A DNA stretch of 64,000 bases, taken from NCBI GenBank assembly GCA_018649885.1, contig JABIHA010000020.1, positions 62,001 through 126,000 on the forward strand, in the 5' to 3' direction. This stretch comes from Bacteriovoracaceae bacterium (GTDB taxonomy: Bacteria; Bdellovibrionota; Bacteriovoracia; Bacteriovoracales; Bacteriovoracaceae). The notes beneath the pieces were generated by a model. That model was given only the letters and a program-made list of their open reading frames with translations, searched no databases and was not told where the DNA came from. Shown here in pieces: positions 42,414-51,274 of the stretch; position 1 is the first letter of the stretch; the number at the start of each line of letters is the position of its first letter. The translations under genes and the position numbers were made by a program.

Positions 42414-42779
42414 ATGAAGTATTTATTACTACTTACCCTATTACTTTCTACAAGTGCATTTGCCAGAATCAGTCAAAGTGGCGCTGTTCAAGTGGCCCTA
42501 GAAGAAATGCAAAGAGAGGGTGGCTCTCACTTTGGAACCGATTCATGGAAAGATTATCTCGATATAACGACGGTTGTATCTAAGAAAGAATATAAGAAAA
42601 TGTTAAAAATATCCTCAAAAAATGGAAACACAGATTTTTCAGATTTTCTAACTCAGTACCCTTACAGTGAAAATTTCTATGTAAATGTTGAAGTCAGCGA
42701 TTGTGTTATTCAATGGATTCTTTATGTTGTGAATAAGAGTTCTGGTAAGCTAGTTGACCAAATTTCTGATCAAGAATAA
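42414..42779 (+). CDS. Secreted hypothetical protein
   Basis: Signal peptide (..TSAFA), RBS GGAG. Confidence 0.75.
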   Translation: MKYLLLLTLLLSTSAFARISQSGAVQVALEEMQREGGSHFGTDSWKDYLDITTVVSKKEYKKMLKISSKNGNTDFSDFLTQYPYSENFYVNVEVSDCVIQWILYVVNKSSGKLVDQISDQE

Positions 42780-42989
42780 AAAATCTAATTTTTGCTATCC
42801 CTCGCTACATAGAGCATCGTGATAGTCTTTTTTGAAAAAATAATTTAGGTGGGGGCGATTGGCAGGGTGTGAATGATCGCCTAGAAGCATGCCGCTAAAA
42901 GTGCAGCTACCTGCCATTCCCAAACAAGAAGACCGTCTAGATTGGTCAACTACCCTCTTGTTTAGATTCAAACTTTCCGAAAAGACCAG

Positions 42990-44174
42990 GTGGCAATAAA
43001 TATTCAAAATATATTACGACTAGTTTTGCTATCCATTTTGTTGGTAGAAAGCAAAAGTTTGCTGAGTTGTGAAAGAGGTCTCCTGATTGAAGCTGAAACC
43101 CCAGAAGGGTTGATCGATTCAATTGATGGCATAGCTGTTAAACAAGAAAGAGAACCTGCTGCAGAAAAAGCTGATTATCGAATGAATTGTGATTCTATGC
43201 CCTACAAATTGGTGGGTCGTGGAAGCGAAGATCATAAGTTAATACAAAGAGGAAATAACTGTGTCGACAAAAGCTGTGTCGACGAGGGTGACGAAGAGCT
43301 TTTGAGTGTTTTTGATGAGGTTTTTGATGAGGGAGTAGCATGCTTGATGGGCCAGGCGAAACAAACTGCAGCTAATGCGATTGACCCTCTTGTTATTGAA
43401 GGATTAATGGAGAAAATTAAAAATAGAATCCCCTTAACAAGTGATGAGATTGCCACAGTTAAATCAAATTTTTCACTCAAAAATGCGGCACTTATTAGCT
43501 CACTCGCCAGTGGTAATGGTGATTTTGCAAAATTGATTGATTTGCAATCACAAAGTCCTGCGATTCGTGAATATGGCGTCAATAAATATCATTTACGTTT
43601 GAGAAAAGAAGAAGAATTGGATCAGCTATACAACCCAACCAATAGATCGCGAGTAAAATTTTACTGCTCTTCGAACGATGATATTTCTATACATGAAACA
43701 ATTAATGGAGCTACATTTGTAGCTTCCATTGGCCCTGAACTTGGGTTCTCGCCCTTTGTTATGCGCGCGGCCTATCTTGGGGGAGTCGCATGGCCTAGAG
43801 TGAATTTAAAAAGGCATGTCTTTTACAATACCTTTCCCAACTGGAAAGAGTCGACTAAGGCAGCTATTTTTCATGAGTTGTTCCACAATATTGGCTACCC
43901 TCATGGCAATAATATCAACAGCATTACCCTTGGGGATAAGGCCATTCCCGTCCATACGGCCTGTACTATTTGTTGTTTTCCAAATGGTAATACATCTCCC
44001 AGTATAGGTTCTTCGCCGACATGTCTTGTGGAGGATCGCCAGCATGCGTGCCGCATATGTCGAGGTGATTATGGATCATCTAAGGAAGAAATAAAATCCC
44101 AGACTTACCAAAATGCAGAAAAAAAATACTTAAAAAGAACTTCGATGTGTACTAGTTATGGAAACCCGCAATAA
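42990..44174 (+). CDS. Secreted putative zinc metalloprotease (metzincin-type motif)
   Basis: HELFHNIGYPH = HExxHxxGxxH; Cys-rich C-terminus. Confidence 0.7.
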   Translation: MAINIQNILRLVLLSILLVESKSLLSCERGLLIEAETPEGLIDSIDGIAVKQEREPAAEKADYRMNCDSMPYKLVGRGSEDHKLIQRGNNCVDKSCVDEGDEELLSVFDEVFDEGVACLMGQAKQTAANAIDPLVIEGLMEKIKNRIPLTSDEIATVKSNFSLKNAALISSLASGNGDFAKLIDLQSQSPAIREYGVNKYHLRLRKEEELDQLYNPTNRSRVKFYCSSNDDISIHETINGATFVASIGPELGFSPFVMRAAYLGGVAWPRVNLKRHVFYNTFPNWKESTKAAIFHELFHNIGYPHGNNINSITLGDKAIPVHTACTICCFPNGNTSPSIGSSPTCLVEDRQHACRICRGDYGSSKEEIKSQTYQNAEKKYLKRTSMCTSYGNPQ

Positions 44175-44234
44175 GTATGAAAACTAAAACTTATAAAACG
44201 TTTTGCAGAAGATATTACACTGAATGCCAAATTT

Positions 44235-44954
44235 TCAAATAATGCCCGCGCAAATCTCTTCAAAAATCCCAAGAGACTCCTGGCTTTTTCTAACTCGCCT
44301 GCATTCATCAATCGATACAGGATCTAGGCTTTCCCACCTATCAAAAACCATCTTAGCCTCTTTGCTAATTATCTCTATCTCATATTTTTCGGCCATATAT
44401 CTATAAACCCTAGCAACGTCACCTTTACGATTCTCTGGTGGCTCCATTTTTCGGCCTTTAATTTCGATATCACAACCACCATATGCTCTTTTTTCACCAG
44501 CAATTTCAAAGTAGTTGTATTTAGATCTAAGAGCATTCACTTGCCCAATGGCCGGAACAATATTTATTCTATCTGCTTCCATTTTTCTAAACTTAGCACT
44601 CACTTTTTTTGCACATTTTCTTCCCTTATACCTTCTTCCCTTTGAACGCACACATTTTCTATGACCCTTTCGCCACATTTTAAAATGCCTTCCAAAATTT
44701 TCTGTAGAAACAATGTGCCCCCACTCAACCATGTGGGGTAGTTTCACGTAATTTGCACTTGGCCTATATTCTTGAAATCTACGAAACTCAAATTTTGAAT
44801 TAAATTTTTCACCGCAATAAAAACTCTTCCCGCCACTGGTGTGCTGGGCCTTCAAAAGTTTTTTACTTTCAGCAAAGCTTTTCTTTGAGCTGGCCTGTAC
44901 ATTAAATTGTCCAACCAATCCAAGCACTACAAGAAATAGCTTTAATAATCTCAC
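44235..44954 (-). CDS. Endonuclease I (EndA/Vvn/Dns family)
   Basis: SFYCG, EWGH, RKC, MEAD..I.PAIG.VN..RS, EPP..KGDVAR. Confidence 0.88.
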   Translation of the reverse strand: MRLLKLFLVVLGLVGQFNVQASSKKSFAESKKLLKAQHTSGGKSFYCGEKFNSKFEFRRFQEYRPSANYVKLPHMVEWGHIVSTENFGRHFKMWRKGHRKCVRSKGRRYKGRKCAKKVSAKFRKMEADRINIVPAIGQVNALRSKYNYFEIAGEKRAYGGCDIEIKGRKMEPPENRKGDVARVYRYMAEKYEIEIISKEAKMVFDRWESLDPVSIDECRRVRKSQESLGIFEEICAGII

Positions 44955-45391
44955 AAAAATAATCCCTTTAAAAAATACAATCTTACTCCAGTGTACTAGG
45001 TAATAAAGGAATTGTCAGAATAAGTGGGTAGTAGTAAATTTTTAAATATGAGAAAATTCCCTTCATCCAAAAAGTTCAATATAGGACTCTATTTGGGCCG
45101 TATTTCCCGACTGAGCCGCTTCCAGGTAAAAATAGTTGTGAAACATTGTCAAAATTAACCAATTGGTTAAATAGGCCCTCACCCAGCAGTAAGAGCTCTG
45201 CAAATACGAGTGCTTGTATGGATACTCAGCTTAAAATAGTTTTAAAAAAAATTGAAATATACCGCAAGCATTTAAGGCGCAAAAGATACGCTGACACCCA
45301 ATTGTTCTGAAATTCTAGTAATGATTACAACGAAGACTATCCCCCTCAAAAGCTACTGTAGTGTCACCCTATATTAATCAGGGGAGAAATT

Positions 45392-46483
45392 ATGGGAAAG
45401 CTACATTTAGTTTTAGGACTATCAGCACTAATTGCGATCAACTCAATTTGCGCGCAAACAATTTGCTCTAAGTCCAAAAGAAGAGAAGCTTTCGAGCAAG
45501 CCACGGCTACTAGTCAGCACTTCCAACTTGATTGCCATTTAACATTTAGTAGTCCAGGAGATGTTATAACTAAAAGAATTGTATTTGCTGGATCTAAATC
45601 TAGTAATGTCATTTTAAATTGTAATGGAGGAAGCATAAACTATACAGATTTTGGGGATAAAAACGGCTATATAGACGCTGTAACAATTAAATCTTTAAAA
45701 TATGGAAGTGATCCACTAGAAGGCTATTCAAGGCCTGAGAATACCACCATCGAAAACTGTAAAATAAATGGATCCATGAGAATTAAAGGAATGGGTTCAA
45801 ATGGTGAGGCAGAGGCGATAAAATATTCATCACGAATTTCTGGCCACACACAGCGTATTCGAAATAGCTCTCCTACAGGGATTGTTGTCCAAAATACAAT
45901 CATTAATAGTGTAACAGGAAGGATACCTCTATATATTGCCCCAGGGGTAACATACACATATGTTAGTGGCTCTGAGTTTAAAGGTTATAGCGCAAGTGTA
46001 GGAATTTATCTTGATACTGAATCGGGATATAACACTTTCGATGGTAACTATATTCATGTTTCAACTGACGTAAGAGAGCAAGTTGCCATAGATTCATCAA
46101 ATCACAATGTCTTTAGCTCAAATTTATTTTCTGCAATTAATCACGGGGGAATTTACCTTTATAGAAACTGCGGTGAAGGTGGAACTATTAGACATACATC
46201 TCCACAACACAACGAAATCGTTTTTAATAAATTTTACTACAAACACTACGATGGTCCTAACCAGGCCATAGTTCTTGGATCTCGGCAAGGACGAAGGTCA
46301 TATTGCTCACTCGATAAGGGTTTTCCATTTGGAAGCAGTGTCAGCAACTTGGATCATGCTCGGTATAATATTGTAACCGACAATCTGTTTTTAAATAGAA
46401 ATCCATCAAATTATATCGACGACGAAGGTGATGACAATTTTGTGAAATTTAATCGACAGGTTAGTAGTTTCGTAGGCCTTTAG
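45392..46483 (+). CDS. Secreted right-handed parallel beta-helix (pectin lyase-like) protein
   Basis: Signal peptide; repeating N.F..N coil patterns; GIYLD.ES, GGIYLYRNCGE. Confidence 0.75.
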   Translation: MGKLHLVLGLSALIAINSICAQTICSKSKRREAFEQATATSQHFQLDCHLTFSSPGDVITKRIVFAGSKSSNVILNCNGGSINYTDFGDKNGYIDAVTIKSLKYGSDPLEGYSRPENTTIENCKINGSMRIKGMGSNGEAEAIKYSSRISGHTQRIRNSSPTGIVVQNTIINSVTGRIPLYIAPGVTYTYVSGSEFKGYSASVGIYLDTESGYNTFDGNYIHVSTDVREQVAIDSSNHNVFSSNLFSAINHGGIYLYRNCGEGGTIRHTSPQHNEIVFNKFYYKHYDGPNQAIVLGSRQGRRSYCSLDKGFPFGSSVSNLDHARYNIVTDNLFLNRNPSNYIDDEGDDNFVKFNRQVSSFVGL

Positions 46484-46865
46484 TGCTGCAGTCTAATCGC
46501 CAACTAAGAGTCATCGGTAAATTTTGGCCAAATATAATTTATTGAATGTTGGCATGGTAGCACTCAGTTACTCAGCATTCCTGGCGCAGCTGGTGGATCC
46601 ACAAGAAAATAATTAATTTTACAAGAGTATTATTTCCAACATATGACAAATCAACAGTAAAATTTAAAATCATCACAGCAAAATGTTTAAAGTTTGAACA
46701 ATAATGAAACAATTACAAAAACGGCAGATGATAAATTGAATATTTTGTGTCCTGACCTTGTCGAATGTTCACTACTTATACCATTTCATTCTATTCTAAG
46801 ATAAGTTAACTCTATAAGATTTCGCACAGATCTTTGCTTATGAAATACAGAGGTAGCTTAAAACC

Positions 46866-47327
46866 ATGTTAGTCATTTTAGATAAATTTCTAGCGCCTTA
46901 CATTGGCCAAGTTGGTACAGTTTTGTTTACCTCAATGTCACTTTATATCGTCCTAAGAACTAAGAAAAAAAACAAATTAAATTCAAAGAAAATGAACCAA
47001 AATATTTCAAGAGGTCGAGTAGATCCAAAGTGCCATGATGAGAAAAGGCCTGAAGTCTCAAAATTCCCTAAGCCCAAGCTTCAAATCAAAGAGGGACATT
47101 ATGAAAAGAAAGACTGTTCTAGCTGTCATAAGACCGAAACGAATAAAAACAAGTGGTACTTTGATCACTCTGATTCAAAAGATAGAGATATAAAATTTTG
47201 TCTTCCTTGTCACAAAACGGCAGGTAAAAGAAAACATTTCTATGCAATTCCCTTTGGCGGTTTTCGTGGAGATGGTAACTGCTATACCTGTCACAACAAA
47301 AAAAGACAAAGCTGGAAGGCGAAGTAG
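46866..47327 (+). CDS. Small multiheme cytochrome c (possibly truncated)
   Basis: CSSCH, CLPCH, CYTCH plus incomplete PKCH; N-terminal hydrophobic segment. Confidence 0.7.
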   Translation: MLVILDKFLAPYIGQVGTVLFTSMSLYIVLRTKKKNKLNSKKMNQNISRGRVDPKCHDEKRPEVSKFPKPKLQIKEGHYEKKDCSSCHKTETNKNKWYFDHSDSKDRDIKFCLPCHKTAGKRKHFYAIPFGGFRGDGNCYTCHNKKRQSWKAK

Positions 47328-47491
47328 CTCCTAGGTTGTTTCAAAAAAAACCATGACTGGAATCAGTAAGATGGTAAGGGCAATAGTCGAATTGAACTTC
47401 AATTTGTACGGAAATTAGTTGATACTAGGTGATCAATTGAAACTTTTACATCGCCATTCAATATTGCCACTCAGTAAAGTAAAAGCTCGGC

Positions 47492-47936
47492 ATGATGAAA
47501 ACCATTACTTTATTAGTCACAGTCCTTATTGCACAAACAATTCTTGCTCAAGATGAAAATATTCTGCTAGAGGAAAAGGGCCAGTAAACTAACTAGTGGT
47601 GATATTGAAGCAGTATCGACTTACCTAAATGGTCTTTCATGGGAAGCTAAAGTTAAAAAGTCTTATAAGGCTGATACTAAGACAATTTCTCTGAAAAAAA
47701 AGATTGGTTGTTTTAACTGCCATGGCACTAAATCGCCAAGCGATTTGGATTACTTTCCTGCTTTGGCCGGACAAAAAAAGAGGTACATTATCAATCAGCT
47801 TAAGGCCTTTAAAGAGGGCACTAGGCACTCCAACTTTATGGAGCCCATAGCACAATCACTTAGCAAAAAAGAAATTAAATCTATTGCTAGGCTTCTTCAC
47901 AATATATTTTCAGTAAAAAATTCTGAGCTTCAATAA
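47492..47936 (+). pseudogene. Cytochrome c4-like pseudogene with first heme domain deleted
   Basis: Signal peptide MMKTITLL..EEKGQ* (stop 47585-47587); another frame gives ASKLTSGDIEAVSTYL..GCFNCHG..FPALAGQ..QLKAFK.G.R..M..IA. Confidence 0.8.
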
Positions 47937-47985
47937 GATAGGTTTTACTTAACTCGACTTTTTATGGCCCTAGCAATAGAACCTT

Positions 47986-48351
47986 TCATATCTTCATTGC
48001 CCGTTTTCCATAGATTCTTCTCAGATTTTCGCATTGAGCAAGTCCCACATTCTTTAAACAAACCATCGTAGTCACATATCGACATGCAAGGGGTGAAAGG
48101 AAAAAGACGACAGCAATGTAGATGGGGGCAAGGATTTTGTGCTTTGCTACTCCTGCGGCCAAGGATTTGCAAAGATATATTGGTGCTTTTCTCATTTTTG
48201 GATGAATAAACCAAACTAGCATTCCACAAATATTAAAAAGAAAGTGAACAAGAGCAATGGCCAGGCCGTGAACATTTCCAGCTAATGCCGCGATTAAGGC
48301 CGTAGCAGTTGTCCCAATATTAGCCCCAGTGGTCTTTGTTTGAATGCTCAT
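47986..48351 (-). pseudogene. Na+/phosphate cotransporter (NptA-like) remnant with large internal deletion
   Basis: RBS AGGAG + MSIQTKT fused directly to GANIGTT..ALVHFLFN, the C-terminal repeat of Na/Pi transporters. Confidence 0.78.
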
Positions 48352-48611
48352 TTCAAATTCTCCTAAAAAATTCCCACACATTAAGGAACAATCTGTCCCG
48401 ATGTCTTCTTGAGTTATTATTAACGATCTGAAAGCGTAGTGGCAATACGAGTATTGAGATACTGTCCCTAATTGAGAATCGGGACGCTAGAAACTGGTCA
48501 TATAAGACGAACTCCCCTAGCTATGCGACTAAACCCCTTGAATTTATTACAAGCTAGACGCTATATATAGAATCCAGTAAAATCTGTGAATATAAGTTCT
48601 AAGGGGCCAAT

Positions 48612-49508
48612 ATCAGCAATTGTACAGCATGTAATAGCACTAATATAAAAATGGTTCCCTTCAACAATCACTTAGAAAACAAATTTAAGCTAACTGCCAA
48701 GCAAAGTATCGCCTCAAAATTATTTCCCATTTTCAAACACTTTTTTCCCAATCAATTTTGGTATTGGAGAAAAATACTACCTCTGCCTATTTTTGATATT
48801 GAGTTATGTACAGACTGCGGGCATGGTCACCATCCACTTAATATCTCTGAAAAGGTTTTGAGGGACTATTACACTAGCAACTATTGGTATTCCGCGGGAG
48901 AAACTGTCGAAGCAGACGACGAATACTTAACGAAGCTCCAGTGTATTGAGCAATTTGAATTTATTCAAGACAGCATTCCAAGTAGCATTACTGAAGTTTT
49001 AGAAATAGGTGGCGCCCACTGCCACTTTAGTCAACTGCTTAGACATCACTGGAAAGTACAAAATCTTCATGTCGTTGAACCGGGTGAGCGTTGGAATGAC
49101 TATTACAAGACAATTAGGATTGAGAAAATATCAGATTTTTTCCCCTGTGATACCCAAAAAAAGTTTGACTACATTCACACCTCTCATTGGTTAGAACATG
49201 TCTCTGGGGTAAAAAACACACTTGGAGAAATTTCCCAACTACTAAAAGACCGTGGTTTCCTTTTTATAGAAGTACCAAATTGTAATAGTGAATACTGGGA
49301 AGTAGATACCGGCGTTTTTCCCCATCTTGAGTTTTTTACAAAAGAGTCAATGACGTTTTTTCTAGAAGAGCATTTCAATGTCATTGTAATAGATAATTAC
49401 GGAGATGATCACCTCTCAATAAACACTGGAAATATCCATCAGGGAAAGGCAAAATTAAATGAAAAAGGTCAGTTTCTAAGAGTATTAGCACAGAAAAAAC
49501 CTATCTAG
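48612..49508 (+). CDS. Class I SAM-dependent methyltransferase with Zn-ribbon N-terminus
   Basis: VLEIGG, VVEP, FDYI..SHWLEH, LFIEVPN; in-frame CTAC upstream of ATG 48651 pairs with CTDC; ATC at 48612 follows AAGGGG. Confidence 0.8.
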   Translation: MSNCTACNSTNIKMVPFNNHLENKFKLTAKQSIASKLFPIFKHFFPNQFWYWRKILPLPIFDIELCTDCGHGHHPLNISEKVLRDYYTSNYWYSAGETVEADDEYLTKLQCIEQFEFIQDSIPSSITEVLEIGGAHCHFSQLLRHHWKVQNLHVVEPGERWNDYYKTIRIEKISDFFPCDTQKKFDYIHTSHWLEHVSGVKNTLGEISQLLKDRGFLFIEVPNCNSEYWEVDTGVFPHLEFFTKESMTFFLEEHFNVIVIDNYGDDHLSINTGNIHQGKAKLNEKGQFLRVLAQKKPI

Positions 49509-49538
49509 CTTTTAACTTCTTTTAACTTCTTTTAACTT
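49509..49538. repeat. 10-bp tandem repeat x3
   Basis: CTTTTAACTT repeated three times. Confidence 0.85.
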
Positions 49539-49578
49539 TATTTTTCTATTTCTTAAATCAACTCTATACCACTTACAA

Positions 49579-49586
49579 GCCGATAA
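49579..49586 (+). promoter_or_regulatory. Putative sigma28 -10 element
   Basis: GCCGATAA 22 bp upstream of ATG 49609; -35 (TCAAC) spacing imperfect. Confidence 0.45.
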
Positions 49587-49608
49587 ATCTGGTAACAAGG
49601 ATGTTACC

Positions 49609-50373
49609 ATGGCAAATCAATTAACTTTAGTAATTCTAGAAAATTTTTATCAATGTTGTGAAGACCCGCTGGCAAAGGATCTATTCGGACAAATGGCCGC
49701 ATTGAAATGCCTTGGTTATTCAAATATTTATGGTGATGGAGTTCTCGCCTTTGATAAAGATGATTTATTTGGAACCCATTTATTAGTTTGTGATAAACAT
49801 CAAGGAAACCTAAGAGTCTTATCGGGATATAAATCAGTAAACTACTCAAGTTGCAAGAAATTTGGATTCAACTTTGCTATTAAAAATATGATTGCCGCCA
49901 ATGGATCTAGCCAATGTCTTGAGGAGTTGGAAAGTGTCATTACTAAATGTGAAAAAGAAGGCCATGAAATTTCCTATGATACAACTTGGACAATACTCCC
50001 TCACGTAAGAAATCAACCCAGCTCATTTAAAAAGACATTGAAAGAGTGAACATGTGCATATTTAGTACATCATCACAAAAGTTACAATATTAAGTACTGG
50101 CTTACATTTGGAATGAAAGATGTAAAAACGGATCAATATTTTCAAAAAATAGGTGCTACAGATATCTCCTCTTCTCCTTGGCTCATTCACCCTACAATAA
50201 AATACTTAGAAGATTATGCCCCCGTATCTGATGTAGAAGCAAGATCTATGATATGTGACATAGATAATTACACTGACTATGCCTATGGTATTGCTGATAA
50301 GTATGCCTCAATGTGGGAAGAAAGAATTGTGATCGCACCAGTTGATCAAATGAAAATTAAGAAAGCTGCATAG
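49609..50373 (+). pseudogene. GNAT/LuxI-FeeM-like protein interrupted by one in-frame TGA (50047-50049)
   Basis: ORFs 49609 and 50113 are in the same frame and open between the TGA and 50113; LK..GY..D..D...HLLV, WTI.P..R and YF.KIG patterns. Confidence 0.65.
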
Positions 50374-50392
50374 AAGGTTTTTAGGCGTAATT

Positions 50393-51274
50393 TTAAAAGT
50401 TTATATGGTAAGAGCAATAGCTATCACCTAAGTGAATACTTTTAGATAAATTCACAGAGGCCTTTGGAAACCCTGCATACATTGGAAAAGTCGACATGAC
50501 TCCTACCTTTGATACCGAAAGCGGAAGGTTGCCGAGATTTTTCTTCTCTAAGATGTCAGCAACATCTGAATTCGATCTTACTCGTATTTCGCAAAGTTCA
50601 CCGTTCATTTTGTGAATTTCATAGTCAAAGTTTCTGTCGAACCGATCTATGATTTCTTCAACAATACAAGCAAACACCTCTTGAGGTGTGCTAAATTGTG
50701 ATAAGATCTTTCCAAGTGCGCCATGCTTATTTGAATAGTATGACTGCTCCCCCATTTTTGAAACTTCATTAAGATCATGGCCACGTTCATATAAACTACC
50801 TAGTAGATCAGTAATAAAATTATTATTGATGGCCGCCTCTGGATCAGAAAAATGGTGCTCTTTTAGTTGAAACTCTCTAAGCAAGCTGGTCTTATAAACT
50901 AAACCATAATTTTCTTCAATATAGTCCAATATATTTATAACTGTTCTCTTCTTCCCAAATGCTCCTTTTGCAAAGTATTTGGGAAGACTATCAACATTAC
51001 CCTCAAAACTATCTAAAAGAAATTTATAGTCCACACTATCTAAAATTGCTGAATTAAAATCAACATTCAAAACATTGAGCATTTCCTGAAAAGCAAAAAT
51101 AGGAAATTTCTTCTTATCCGCAAGAATCTGCTTAAACTCCGACTCTCCAACCTGAAGAATCCTGGCCATTTCCAAGTCATTCCACCCTGCTAAGAATTGA
51201 AATTTTTTGACAAAACTTCTGGCCCCAAAGCTAATTTCAGCTTTATTCAAAGAGCTTTGAAGTGGTAGTGCCAT
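50393..51274 (-). CDS. Putative regulator: degenerate XRE-like HTH + H-NOX/V4R-like ligand-binding region
   Basis: N-terminal EMARILQV; C-terminal SIHLGDSYCSYHINF resembles V4R C..GD..C.Y. Confidence 0.6.
   Translation of the reverse strand: MALPLQSSLNKAEISFGARSFVKKFQFLAGWNDLEMARILQVGESEFKQILADKKKFPIFAFQEMLNVLNVDFNSAILDSVDYKFLLDSFEGNVDSLPKYFAKGAFGKKRTVINILDYIEENYGLVYKTSLLREFQLKEHHFSDPEAAINNNFITDLLGSLYERGHDLNEVSKMGEQSYYSNKHGALGKILSQFSTPQEVFACIVEEIIDRFDRNFDYEIHKMNGELCEIRVRSNSDVADILEKKNLGNLPLSVSKVGVMSTFPMYAGFPKASVNLSKSIHLGDSYCSYHINF

Noticed and set aside
42848..42875. GGGGGCGA.. / ..CGCCCCCACC resembling tmRNA or tRNA ends
   Set aside because: No T-arm GTTCGA, no D-loop motif, no cloverleaf or CCA end.
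48438..48540. GGCAA...GGGACGC resembling a c-di-GMP-I riboswitch
   Set aside because: Lacks the GGCAAAC/GAAA tetraloop/GCAAAGC arrangement; only two short hairpins.
50047..50049. Selenocysteine codon or alternative genetic code
   Set aside because: No redox motif or convincing SECIS; TGA is a normal stop elsewhere in the window (e.g. rbgA, P450).
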